Positions 23,122 to 37,184 of a stretch of DNA of 64,000 nucleotides are shown here, piece after piece. The translations under genes and the position numbers were made by a program. Source of the stretch: the human T2T-CHM13v2.0 reference genome, Homo sapiens; assembly GCF_009914755.1 (NCBI RefSeq), contig NC_060935.1, one strand, 5' to 3'. Below the pieces are notes generated by a model. The model made no database searches and had not been told where the DNA came from. It saw only the letters and a list, made by a program, of their open reading frames with translations. How positions within the stretch are numbered: position 1 is the stretch's first letter; the number at the start of each line of letters is the position of its first letter.

Positions 23122-26100
23122 CTGTGGAGAGAGGGTCAAAGCTAGAAGCCCCCTTCTAGCAATCTATGTCCCCGCTCCTCCCATCACCCCAGCACCCCCC
23201 ACGAACACACCACAGAAACATGTACACACAGTCCACACAGCCTGCAGCTCCAGGAAGTCTCTGAGCTACTCAATTGCCACCCCCCACCCCCACCAGGACT
23301 TCTGTGGATTGGCTGGGAGCCAAGCCTGACCCAGCTGCACCGCTGCCCCCCCCCCCCGCACCCCCCACCCCCCGCCCACCACACCATCCCCTCCCTAGCC
23401 TGGAAGCAGGAGAGGAGGAGGCACTGGAAGACCTTAGAGCTCCCTTAGAGCTTGGCCCCACGGGGAGGAGGAGAGGCAGAGGACTCCCATGACCTGGCCT
23501 GAGGACCTGGGGGAGGAGAGGGATGGGGAGGTTGGAGGACCCCAGATTCTAGCACCAGCCACCTCCAGGTTATCCTATGTCAGGGAAAAGAATGGCTGTG
23601 TATTCTATGTCCCTGTGTGGTCTCCCTGGCTATAGCCCTGGTTCCCTGAAGAGGCCAAGTCCTGAGGACCTGGTCTGGTTGGGAGGACCTGGGCCGAGGG
23701 AGTCGGTTTAGCAATTCAGTAGGAGGGGGCTGGGCGAAGCTCCCACAGCAGGCGGGAGAGAGGCTGGTGGCTGGGCTCAGTTTGTACTGGGGGGTCAAAG
23801 GGGAGTTCTTTTCCGAAGAATTCTGGGAGAGACGCCAACTAGAGCAAGCTGCTAACCACCCCTCCCTCTCTCTCACTGCACTGGGCGGGGGGTGTCCCTG
23901 CCAACCAGACTTAACCCTCTCCAGCCTGTGTTCCTCCCAGACCTGAGATGGGGTCTGCTGGGGAGGAGACCTTCGGCTGGGCTCAACTTTCCATTCTAAG
24001 GCTCATACAGAGCAGGGCATCTACCAGCATAAGGCTGGTTCCACATGGCCCCGTCTGGCACTGCCCTGCCCTGCCGCCACCTAGGTGACTTTTCTGAGCT
24101 CATCTCCTAAAGGTGTCTGCAGTGACGTGTGTGCGTGTCTCAGAGACAGAGATTGAGAAACAAGCTGAAAATTCCTTGCCCAGGCCCTCCCCCTGCTGGG
24201 TCACTGAGCACTGTACCAACCTGTACCCCTCCCTTCCTCCCACTGTGCTCTGGGACCAGAGGCCACTGGGGGTGGGGACGTAAAAGGGACAGCTTATCCT
24301 TATGTCCACCTCCTGCTGCTGTCTCCATAGGTCTCTGACTCACACAATCAGCCCCGGCCCCAGCACTCTGCTTCCTCACTGATTTGTCACAAGTGCTTCT
24401 GGAGAAATGCATTCCATTCCCATCCTGAGATCCCAGGATGGGAAACTGAGATGCAGCAAGGTTATGGGGGTTCTAGTGCCTGCATCCCATGCACTAACTC
24501 TGCTATCACCGTCCTTGCTTTGGCCCCAAATCAAAAAACCCTAGGAACCTCCTCTAATGTAGAATACTGTCTAAGTGCAGTAGGAGGGAATGAGATTAAA
24601 CATCAAGAAGGACTTCCCACGATCGATCAAGGCTACAAGGGCAGCTGGCCCCACCCCAGATGCCTGGATTCCAGACCCCTCCGTCTTCTGCTCAGGCTGG
24701 AAATATGAGTGTCTTCTCTTGTTTAGCTATTTGACCCTAGCTGGAGAAGTCAACTTTTCTGAACCTTAAATTTGCCACCAAGCTCCCAAGTCCAATGTGA
24801 TTGGCTGTTCCTTGCCCTCAATGAACAAGTGACCCCAGAGTGGGGGCTTAGCTCCCTTTCCCCACCCCTTTTCCTTTAGAACACCGAGCCTCTCTGTAAC
24901 AACCACCACTGTATAATCAGGACAAGAAGAGGTGGACAGGTGGTATGAGGACCCTACAAGGTGCTAGGTGTCCGTGAGGGGTAGAGGGAGAGACCCCAGT
25001 CCCCAGGGAGAGTTTATCACAAAGTCTCCACTGCACCACTCTCTCTCCAAGGACCACGGAACTGCCAGAAGCCTTGGCCCCACTCCAGGAAACTTCCCTA
25101 TCAAAGGGCAGAGGACTGCATGTCCCAGGGAGCTGTGGGGAGACCTGTGACTACATACCCCAGACATGTTCCCAGGGAGGAGAGAGGAGGGAAGAGAAGT
25201 GAAGCGCATGTGTGTGCCCGCACACGCACATACACGTGGACGAGACACGCCCCCAGCACACACACTCTCCAGAGGTACCCCGGACACTTACAACACAGAC
25301 ACAACTCCCAAAGATGCACATCCAAAGACGTTTCCTAAAAAGCACTCCAAATTCTCCAAGAGTGGCCCCTTCAGACCCACAGAGGCTCCCGTATTCATAG
25401 AGACAGCCTAGGGGAGCTCAGGAAACACACATGACATCGGCCAATCACACAGAACTGCCAAACAGAACCGCCGACAGAAGATACACCCACACTGAGACAC
25501 ACACACACACAAACTTATACACACACACAAAGTAGTACGCAGCCATGTGCTAGCACACAAACTCAGACACACAAACTTGCAGCGCAGAGTGTGTGAAGTC
25601 GGATTAGAAGGCAATGCTCTGGGGAGGAGGGGAGCCTGCAGGGGGTGGAGAACCACTCAGGGATTTCAAAACAATCCTGGTTTCGAAATGCTGGAAATGC
25701 TGGATTCAGGGCCATTCCGAGTTGAGGCTGGGGGTGGGGAAGTGGAGAGTGAGGAGGAGGGGAAGACGGGCCAGCCCAGGGCTACCAGTCCATTGGAGGA
25801 GGAACGGGAACGGACAGAGGGAGTCCCAGCTCTGGTGGAAGGGGGCCTAGAATAAAACACCAGGGTTAGGAGGGGGACCAGTCCAGGGCCAAGCAGGGAG
25901 GGCCTGGGCTGCAAAGGAGAGGCCTCTGCTTTTGCCACTGACAGGAAAAGTGAGAAGGCAGGGGAAGCCGCCCCTCCCCCTTGGCATGGAGAATCAGAGG
26001 GAACCTGTCTGTGTCCTTTCCCCTACTCCTGGGCAGTGGTGACCACCTTCTCCCCTCCAGAGTGGCACCCTGGCTCCCCTTCCCCACCAGCTAGCACAGC

Positions 26101-27262
26101 CCCAAGGTGGGTGGAAAGCTAAGGGGTCACAGGGGATGGGGAGATGGCAAGGGCCTGCAGGAGTCAGGGGTCTTCCACAGGTTCCAGGACCCCCCACACT
26201 CAGAGCAGGCTGTGGGCATCCCCCTGGGAACCCAAGGCTTTCTTCCTCTCCACAAGGATGCGGGACCCTCGGGGAGACTGAGGCAGTGTAACACATGCCC
26301 ACACCCAGGAAGTCGCCCCTCCCACGGCAGCCAGAATGCCCTTACTGCCCCTCCCCCAGCCTCCAGGGAAAGTCAGGCTGAGTTCTCCCAGGAGGGGAGG
26401 GAGGGGAGGTCAGGCCAGGCTGGGGGTGGGGCTCAGAGGCCTGGCCCTGGCACCAGGCAGAGGAAATTCCAGGCTGTAAGTCCAGGCAGCCTTCAGGGCC
26501 GCCGAGCCAAGTGACATGCACCAGCTCAGGAGCTGCAGTGCTCTGGCCTTCCCCTCCTAGCCCTGGCCTTCCAGCCCTCCAACTGGCTCCAGCCCCAGCT
26601 CTGGGACTCAGATAGGCTCCTCAGCCCTGGCAGGAGCTCCCACCAGCCCCATCCCGGCTCCTCTGGCCAGTTAGAGCTTCCCTTCCTCAGTTCCCTGAGG
26701 GCAGCCCCCACGGTGTGTTTGTGGGTGGGCAGCTGTCGGGGCTGGCAGGCAGGGGCACACATGCGGAGCTAGAGCAGCCAGGCGCTCAACAGGTTGAGCC
26801 AGTCCATGGAACAGCCGGCCCCACCCCAGGGAGAGCGGGCCTGGCAGAGGCTCCCTGCCCGCGGCACCCAGCCTGTACCCGCTTGGCTCCCACGGCTGCC
26901 CACTTTCCCACGGTGCCATCCCCCTTCTGCCCCCTCCCCCCATCGGAGGTCAGCACCCGGGCAGTGCCCAGGGCTCTGGCACAAGGAAGGAAGGGATGCC
27001 ATTCCCCTGTCACCCCTGGGTGCCCAGGCTCTTGAGCTACCTCACTCTCAGCACCCAAGGAGCCCCAGAAACAGCCAGCATGGCAGCAGGACCACAAGAA
27101 CCCCAAAGGACTTCCCAGGCACCTCCTTGTGGGCCTCTTCTGATTCTGGGAAGACTGGAAACTTGAACACCCCAGCTCTCCAGAGCTGTCCCAGGGTCCT
27201 GGGACAGAACTTCAGCGTGTGGTACCAGAGGCAGTGTGGGGGTGCCCCCAGCTCCTCCTATT

Positions 27263-27351
27263 GGACTCCCTGGAGGAGGGGCTGCAGAGCTGGGTGACAG
27301 TGGCTCTCGGACTCCCTGGAGGAGGGCTGCAGAGCTGGGTGACAGTGGCTC
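27263..27351. repeat. 46-bp tandem duplication (2 copies, 1-nt indel)
   Basis: GGACTCCCTGGAGGAGGG(G)CTGCAGAGCTGGGTGACAGTGGCTC starts at 27263 and 27309. Confidence 0.92.
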
Positions 27352-29399
27352 CCTCCACTCCTGCCCCGGCAGCTGCTGCTGCAACCCTGGTCCTTTCCTC
27401 CCACTCCACTCCTGGGCTCCATGGAGCTCCATCGCAGTCACTCCCCTGATAGGCAGGCAGCTCCCCTTTGCTCGGCATCTCCTTTAATCTAAAGCAGGTG
27501 CCAGGCATTCCAGCCCTTGCTGAGCCGACACTGCCACCCCCTAGGCCCCTGCCCAGAGGCTACTGTCCTGCCTGGTCTGGAAGTTGAGACCCCAGCCTAG
27601 GGCTCCCGCTTAACCCAGGTACCAGGACTCCAAAGGCAGGAACTAGCTAAGCAGGGTCATGGGTACCCAACACAGATTCAACAGGCAAGATCAATAGGTC
27701 CCAAATTGCCACTGAGGCGCTAGATTTCTGTGGACTGCCAATCCCTCTCTAGGACCCTGTAGTATCTCTCCGGTCCCATGACTCCCCATCCTAGTAGAGA
27801 CTCATTCTGAACCTCCATATGGGCCTCCAGAACCCATCACCAGTCATGGGACCCCTTCTACTCCAGGCACAAGAGTCACTCTGGATCCAAGATTTTAGGT
27901 ATTCTACCTGCCCCTCAGCACCCTTCCTGCTGTGAACCATCACCCCACCCCACTCAGGAGCAACATGGGTAAGCAGGGAACCCCTAGAGGGAGGTGGCCA
28001 GAAGGCTGCTTCCAGGCCTGGCTCTCCAAGGCCAAGGAGGCAAATCACCTGGGGGAGGCGGCACCTTCCTTCCTGGCACCAGCCTCCCAGTCTCTCTCCC
28101 TGCTCCTCACCTTCCTCACCCATTCTCTCCCTGTCCTGTCCTGAGGCCTCTATCAGCAGGGCCTCAGAGCTGACACCAGGAAGACAGGGCCTGAGCATGC
28201 TCCTCCTCTGGGGTCATGAAATTGTGGTCCTGACCTGGAGAAGGTAGCCCGGCCCATGCTGAGAGGCAGCAGAAGAGCAAGGCAGCCCCTGCCCGGAAGT
28301 GGCTGCTCCCTGGAGAGACCAAGAAGAGAAGGAGAAGACAGTGGAAGCCCACTCACTGTGGTGGTCTCATCCAGAGAGCTGCTCAGAGGCAGCAGCAGAG
28401 TTGGAGCAGATACAGGGCACAGTCAGCTTTCACACTAAACCAAGGCTGGGAGTGAGGGCAGAAGATCCAGGGAGGCTTGGAACCCCTTTGTGAGGGCTCA
28501 AACACACGCCCAGTTCACCTCTCTCAGAGCAACACTTTTTCTCCTCGCAGCAGAGGTTCCCCCAGACACAGACACAGACACAGACACACACCCCAAGCAG
28601 TAGACAGAAAGAGAAGGGAGAGAGGGGGTGTCAGAAAAACCCGGAAGGAAGGAAGCTGGACAGACAGACAGTAGCTGATCCTAGCTTCATTGCTCCAGAG
28701 AGACACCCTCCAGACTCCTAGACTTCAAGGGACACTATCCTTCTCAGAAGGAGAGAGCAGCCCTCTGTCTCTTCTGAAACCAAATTCCAGCAGCCCTGGA
28801 ATAGGACCTACCCCAGCGCAACAAGAAGCCTAAGCTCACTTCTCTTCCTACATTCTTCCCCGAGGGTTCCTTTGGATCAAGACAGGGGCCACCTCCCCTT
28901 AGCAGCGCAGGGACACTTCCAAGGAACTGTATGACTGCCCCACCCCCCAGCCAAGCCCACATCACTCAGAAGCCTTGGAAGAAGAGACTCCTCAGTCACA
29001 GCCCCCGCTACTCACAGGCAGTGCCTGGGAGAAAAGGGTGACCCCCAGCTCTCCCCAGTCCCAACCCACCTCCTTCTGGAGGCTCCTATCAGCCAGAGGA
29101 GGAGGGCTGGGGTGCTGAGACCCACGGGGTTGGTGAGCCTGGGAGGGGGACTACATCTCCCAGAAGCCCCCAGGGCAAGGTTCGCTGCTCCAGCTGGCCC
29201 AAGGCCGGCCTTGTTCTCTGCGCTAGGGTGGCAGGGTCCCCTGGCTGTCCCTAAGCCCTCCCCACGGTGTTCTGGAGCTGCCAACCTGATTGGGGGCTTA
29301 AGAGTAGCCTCCACTGACCCTGGGGGAGTCCCCCACACCTTAAACAGCCTGGGGGTACGTGCCAGAGAGCAAGAGACAATCAGACTGTGTTTCCCCTCC

Positions 29400-30420
29400 C
29401 CGATTCAAACTGGATCTCCCTCCTCGCGCCTCTGCTGGCCTGGCATGACTTTCGCCTTGCCCCCAGCCCACCCCTCACCTCACGCGGATTGGGGGGTCCT
29501 CACGCCAGGCCGGAGCTGGACGCCATGACCAGGTCAGGGTCGTTGTGTGGATGGGGGTCCTCCTGCTCGCCAGTTGGAGATGCAGAGGGGGCGGGCAGGC
29601 GGTGATCTTTTGATCCTGGACGCCTTGATCTCAATACCAGCCCGGCCCGGGAGAGGCTATCCGGGGATCGCTGGGTGCCTGGGTTCCTGCCTCCCAACCG
29701 CGGAGCATGGTCGTGGGCGCCGGGCAGTGGCGGGAGAGCGCGCACACCCGCCGGGGCCGGGGCGCGGGGCCGGGGTCTCGGCCCCGAACCTCAGGGCTCC
29801 GGCTCCTGCTCCTGCTCCTCCTCCCTTGCTTGCTTGCTTGCTTCCTTCCTTCCTTCCTTCGCCTCCTCCTTTCACTTTCCCCAAAGCCCGCGGGGATGGC
29901 GGGCGCTGGGTGGGGAGGGGGCTGTCTGGGCGCTTATTGTTGGTCGGACGCCGAGGGTCCGGGTCGCAGCCCCCGGGCGGCGCGGCGCCGGGGGACCCAG
30001 GCGTGCGGGCGTCCGGCCGGCTGGCTCCGGGCGGCGGCGGTGGTGCAGCGGCCCCGGGTCCGGGGCATGTCCAGCCACTGGCTCCGCCGCGCGCCGCCGC
30101 CTCCCCGGGCTCCCCTGCGCTGCCGGAGCCTCGCTTGCCCCTCCACTCGGCTCCACTCCCCAGCCTGAATAAGCATCGGGGCTCTCTGGCTGCCTCCTTC
30201 TGCCTTCATACCAGAGCCCGGAGAGGCCCCTGTCAAAATAAGAGCTCCCCCATCTCGCTTGCCTCCTCGCCCAACCCGGCTCCCCCAGCCTCCCAGTGGT
30301 CTGACTCGGTAAGGCGCCCGGCCGGCTAGCGGGAGGCAGGTTGGCCCGGGGGCGGGGAGGGGGGTTTCTGCTCTCCTCCTCACTCCTGAGAACTGGGGAG
30401 GAGACGCGCCAACAACATCC
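29400..30420. promoter_or_regulatory. BCL9L: CpG island / distal BCL9L promoter
   Basis: Densest CpG region of the window; GGGGCGGGG box at ~30349-30357; CCAAT (ATTGG) at ~30466. Confidence 0.85.
29479..30170 (-). other. BCL9L: BCL9L non-coding exon 1 (distal promoter isoform; 5' end approximate)
   Basis: Donor GAG|gtgagg at 29478, lying inside the CpG island. Confidence 0.65.
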
Positions 30421-30490
30421 CAGGCTAGGGAAAGGTTTGACAAACCTACCTTCCTATCTGCACTGATTGGAAGGAGTGGAAGTTGCCTGG

Positions 30491-30523
<33 letters not shown>

Positions 30524-30741
30524 GCACTGGGTCCCCTCTTCGTTGTACCCACCCACATCCATAATGCACTGAGCATCTCTTTATTCATGTCTCTCCTAGT
30601 AGACCATGAGGTCCTTGAGGACACAGACTGAGTTTTTTCATCTCAATCCTCAGCAGCACAAAGTGCATGCTAAGAAAATGTTTGTGGAAGTGAAACCTTT
30701 GTCTTCTCAAAAGAACTCTCCTAACCTAACCTCAAAGTGCT

Positions 30742-30742
<1 letters not shown>

Positions 30743-30791
<49 letters not shown>
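30743..30791. repeat. (CT)n(CA)n compound microsatellite
   Basis: Read directly. Confidence 0.9.
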
Positions 30792-30794
<3 letters not shown>

Positions 30795-30843
30795 CACCAC
30801 CCTATAGGACGATCGAGGCAATGAAAAAGAAAATGTAAAGCCC

Positions 30844-31369
<526 letters not shown>

Positions 31370-31559
31370 TGACAAGCATTGACTGTGTCTGATAGGAAGA
31401 ACACTAGCCAGCCTGCTTGTTCCTGCTGTTTCCTCGGCCCTCTCCCCTGCCCCTCCTCACAGATGGTCCCCAGATAGTTCTAGCCTCACTGACCTCCCTC
31501 TCTTCTGACCACCTATCCCATCATAGCATCTGAGTACTTCCTGATGTGTTGTATCTTGT

Positions 31560-31645
31560 CACACACACACACACACATATATATATACACACACACACCC
31601 CTATATATGTATAGGTGTATGCACACACACACATATATATATATG
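31560..31645. repeat. (CA)n/(TA)n mixed microsatellite
   Basis: Read directly. Confidence 0.9.
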
Positions 31646-32299
31646 TCTGATTTCCCCCAAAAGATTCCTAAGGGCCTTGAGGGGTTGATGGTGCCAACAG
31701 CTGGGCACTGGACAAGGTTTAGGGAGGCACAGGTGGAAGGGGACAAAAACCTGAAAGAAGATAACATAGTAACCCCCCCCCATGTGTCCCATCACTGCTT
31801 ACAAAGCATTTTCATGCACGTTGTCTCATGATGATGCTTTGATCCAATCACCAAAACTTTTCCAAGTGCCAGCCTGCTGTGCCAAGCACTGTCCTGGGTT
31901 AGGGGGTTGAATCACCACAGTCCTGAGAAGTCGATTTTATCCCCACTTAAAAGAAAAGAAAACCAAAGCCCAGAGAGGCTTCTAATGTGAAAGATCCCAG
32001 CACCTAGGCTAGTACCTGACCCATGGAAATAAGGTTTAATTTCTTATCTCCTCTCCAGAAAGACATAATATGGGCCCCCACTTCTCCAACAGGGTGCTTC
32101 TTAGAGGGGACCACTGCATTTATGTGGATCAGTCTCCCCTTACATATATGACAAGCCAAAGGGGCTTGTTATGATCTCTTTGGCACAATTCCTGGTTCGT
32201 AGTAGGTCCAAAACAGTGTTTGCAGGGGCAAGTGAGTCTGTGTTGCCAGGGGTCTCTTAAATGGTGCACAATACATGTCCTATGGAGCAGCCACGCGGA

Positions 32300-34800
32300 G
32301 CGCTCCCCTGGGTGGGGCTGTGACTCATTCCCCCAGCGGAGGTTCCAGGTTGGGATTCGGAGCTGAGCTCTGGGCAGCCACAAGTTCTGGGTGGAACCCT
32401 GGAGAGAGCCAGGAGGAAAGGAGAGAGGCAGGGGGCCCTTGCTGGAATCGAGCGGCTCCCTCTACTGGCCAACTCGGGGAACCTCTGTCTTTCCGTGTAT
32501 CTGTGTGTCACTGTGTCACGAGGGGTGTCACAGGTGTGTCAGCGTTGGCGTTCGTCGGTGGAAGTGCCCGCATGGGTATGGGTGCGTGAGGGTGCCCGTT
32601 CGTGACGCAGTGTGGGTGTGCCAGCGCCACGAGGGGCTGTTTCTGGAAGCACAGTGTGTACACACAACCGTATCTTGTAATACAATTTACTTTGGGGCTG
32701 CTGGGGGTCTGAGATTAGGCATCCCGTTGCCGGGGTTACTAGGACAAAAGGATTCTCCAGCTGGTACTCCTCACCGGCTGGAGCACTAGCCCGAGAAGGT
32801 GGGAGGAGTCCAGACCAAACAGTTCCTGAAAAGGACTCTATCACCTAAAGCAAATAGGGACCCAAGAAAGAGTTAACGCAGAGCCCCACAGTGACTTCAA
32901 TCATTGGCTCAGGGCACTGTCAGTCAGAGGTCTGGGGGCGGGGTTTGTGGGGCCTCCATCTGACTGCCCAGCGCCCCTCACTTGCCCCTCGACCCCCACA
33001 TCATCTCACTGCTGGGCTGCGCCCGCACCCCCATCTTGGTGGCGACACCGTCCTGGGCCCTGGAGGAAGAGCCGATCCGGGCATCCTGGCTTCCCCACTC
33101 ACTCCAGCTGCCTGGCTTCCTGATAGATGGTGATTATATAATAGACTTGCTGGACAGAACCGTGCCAGCGCTCGGAACACTTTGCCCCCTCCTCGAAGCC
33201 TGCCCCAGGGCCTGGCACCTGCCACACAGAGCCTGCTGCCGGGTTCTGCCGGCGCCCCCCAGCAACGCCTCCATTTCGGGGTGGGAGACCCCAGGACAAG
33301 GTCCTGGGATGGGGCGGGCGCCAAGCGGAGAGAAGCAGGGCGGGTGCCCCGCGGGTCTCAGGGTCGGCCTGAGGAGTGTGGATTCACAAGCGCCTCTCAG
33401 GATAGTGGGACCCGCCTGGCCCCTTCCAACCTGAGCTTGCAACTTGGGAGCCAATAGAGGAGCAGGGGCCAGGGTGGGAACGGGAAGGAGTTTGGAAAAG
33501 GTGTGGGGGCAGGAAAGGGAGGCTGAGAGAGGGGGCCGGCTGGGGCAGGGGGGAGGGACTCTTATCCTGACAGGGCTCCCGCCTTCCCCGACTGGAGGGT
33601 TTGGAAAAACTGAGCAGGCAGCCAAGGCTTGGCTGGAAATCCTGCAGCCCACCCTCCTGGGGACACAAAGCTGGAGGGCGGGGGCAGGGCGGGGGGAGAG
33701 AGCACGACCCCGGGGAGGACAGGGCCTCTTTTGGGGCTGGGGGCCCAGGGGCCAGGACCCTGGGGAGGGGGTTCCTGGCGCTGTCTCCCTGCAGTCTGCT
33801 TCCCCCTTCTCCTCTACCCCCTCCGCTTCCCCCTCCTCCCCCTCCGCGGCTCCAGTCTTGCAGATTGCGGGCAGACTTAACTCCTTGAGTGCCAGCCTGG
33901 TGGACTCGGTGGTGGTGACGCTGTGAGGGAGGGAAGGAGGAGGGACTCCGGACCCCACTCCCACCCACAGTTTAACACCTTGTGCCCCGGAACGCAATCC
34001 CGGAACTGGTTGGGTTCCAGTGCCCTGAAAGGCTGCTTGGTTCTGGAGTCGCCACACGCAAAACAAGGCACCTGAGCGTTGCGGAATCGCCCGCTCTCTT
34101 GCCTAATCTTCCCTGCCTCCCCTCCCCACCGCCGCCCTCAGGGACTCTCCCTCCACTTTTTGGCTACCCTTCCCCCACCCCACCCCCATCTCCAAGTTGC
34201 AGCCGACAGCCGAGGTCCCTGCCAGATTGAAGCAGGGGAGCCCGGAAGTCTGGGTTTTGTAGCTGCCTCAGCGCTCTCCTCTACATCCCACTTCTGAGGC
34301 CCAGCGCAGGTGACCGCAGCCCATGCCTCTCTTGCCCCCAGAGGGGCTGCTTCACCCATCTGGGGGGCTAACTACCCAACGGAGGCAGGGAACGCTAGCC
34401 TCCCCTAGCTCCAGCGAGGACTAAGGACCTGAGTAGCTGGAAACCTGACTTCACCTCTACCCTAGCCCCTCCCCTAGCGAACAGCCCCTCCCCCGTCCTC
34501 TGTGACCCTCAACTCTGCTGTGGATGACTCTGCCGAGGGAATACCGCAGACTAGGCAGGAAGGGGTTAACGCAGCTACTGCGCTCGAATGGAGCGCCAGG
34601 TGAGGCACCACCCATCTTGGCCTTCAGGTGTGTGGGTGGGGAAAGAGGAGGGACACTGACCTTAAGGGCTGCTTTTTTGCCCCCTGGTGGCTAAATCTGG
34701 CTTAGCAGCCGCTGGAAAAAATACGCTCACATGGGGATTCGCGGAAGAAGAACACTGGCGACGACAGTAGAGTGTACCTCTTGCGGGAACAGCACCTTCC
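32300..34800. promoter_or_regulatory. Patchy CpG-retaining, repeat-free upstream region (candidate enhancer or secondary promoter)
   Basis: Clusters of intact CpGs (33.0-33.4, 33.8-34.3, 34.5-34.8 kb) with GC boxes and ETS/E2F-like words (GCGGAAG, TTGCGGGAA). Confidence 0.45.
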
Positions 34801-35461
34801 TAGGGAAGGAGATCGTTCTGGGAAGGCTGATGGAAGGAGGGAGCTCCCACAGTCCCTGCCACACCATCCCGCTCAGTAGGCTGCCTCAGCCAATTCCAGA
34901 TCCTTGCCCTAGGGGCTCTACTTGTGGGTCCCAAACACCTGGAGGAGGGTAGGAAAAAAACAGAAGATACAGGCCCTGTCCTCCCAGGGTCTCCATCTAA
35001 TAGAGAGGGTCTGTAGGAGGAAGTTGCTCCTACCTTTTCCTTCCGTGCCTCAGGCCTTCCCAGAGCACCCATTCCCTCCAGACCCCAGCATCAAATACAA
35101 ACCAGCCAGGCTTCAAAGCTCCTACCAGCTACCCCAACCCCCTTCAGCTTCTCTCCCCTCCAGCCAAGCTGATTTCTAGGTCCCTCCCTGTAAAAAGACT
35201 CCACTTGAGGGATTCCAGGTGTTCTTATCCCCAACATGGCTGAGACCCTTCCTCCCATCTACCCAAAGCCCTCCCTGATTAGCAAAGCCAATCATCTTGA
35301 AGGGCTCCTTCCCCCCCTCCCCTTCAATTGCCTTACTTTTCTCCCTGTCCTTATTTCCCACTACTTTCCTTTCAAGACTTCTTTTTGCATGGGCAGTTCA
35401 CCCAATTGGGGACAATTCTGTCCTCCTTGTACCCTGTGATACCTCAATAGTTGCCTTTTCT

Positions 35462-35730
35462 CCCAGCTCGGTGGCAAGCCCTGTAGTCCCAGCTAGCAGG
35501 CAGGAGGATCACTTGACCCCGGGAGTTCTGGGCTGCAATGCATTATGCTGATGGGTGTCCACACCAAGTTCAGCATCGATATGGTGACCTCCTAGGAGTG
35601 GGAGACCGCCAGGTTGACTAAGGAAGGGTGAGCTGGCCCAGGTCAGAATGGAACAGATTGAAACTCTGGTGCTGATCATGGTGGGATTGGGCACACAAGC
35701 CTGACAACACCAGGACACCCTGTCTCTTTA
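35462..35730 (+). pseudogene. 7SL (SRP) RNA retropseudogene (RN7SL-P type)
   Basis: Alu-domain start followed by the S-domain sequence absent from Alus: GAGTTCTGGGCTGCAATGCATTATGCTGATGGGTGTCC...AAGTTCAGCATCGATATGGTGACCTCC...CCAGGTTGACTAAGGAAGGGTGAGCTGGCCCAGGTC...GTGCTGATCA. Confidence 0.9.
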
Positions 35731-36164
35731 TTTATTTTTTCAAACACCAACTCAAACCAGATGAGACCTTGTCTCTTAAAACAAACAAACAAACAAAAAA
35801 AGTCTTTTCCTTCAGGAATCCTTCTCTGACCAACCCCACCTACTTATTCATCCAACAGATATTTATTGAGGACCTGCTATGTGCCTGGCACTTGACTAGA
35901 CACTAGGTTGGTACATGTTGGTGACATAGATGTTTGTCCTTTTCCTCACACAGCCTGCAGCCTAGTGGGGGTCAGACAACAAGTGAGTGGGTGATTTCAA
36001 TTCAGTGTGGGCACATTTAGGGGAAGTGGACAGCAATCCCAGACTTGAGAGTTTGGGGAAGCTTCCTGCAGGGACCAACTGTCTGAGCTGGAACTTCCAG
36101 CATCAGGTATGGTTCTGTCCAGGCAAACAGTACATCTCACTAGAGCTCTAAAGATAGAATAGGA

Positions 36165-37184
<1,020 letters not shown>

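Noticed and set aside
29547-30569. 260-aa (+) and 211-aa (-) ORFs over the distal CpG island
   Set aside because: Stop-codon scarcity in very GC-rich DNA; low-complexity translations. Only the ATG-initiated uORFs inside exon 1 were kept.
33134-34066. 310-aa minus-strand ORF upstream of BCL9L
   Set aside because: Non-ATG start, compositionally biased, no domain similarity, overlapping ORFs of similar character in several frames.
34555-34800. Small hairpin (GCGCTC..GAGCGC) and CpG-rich patch as a possible tRNA or Pol III gene
   Set aside because: No cloverleaf and no convincing A/B box with terminator.
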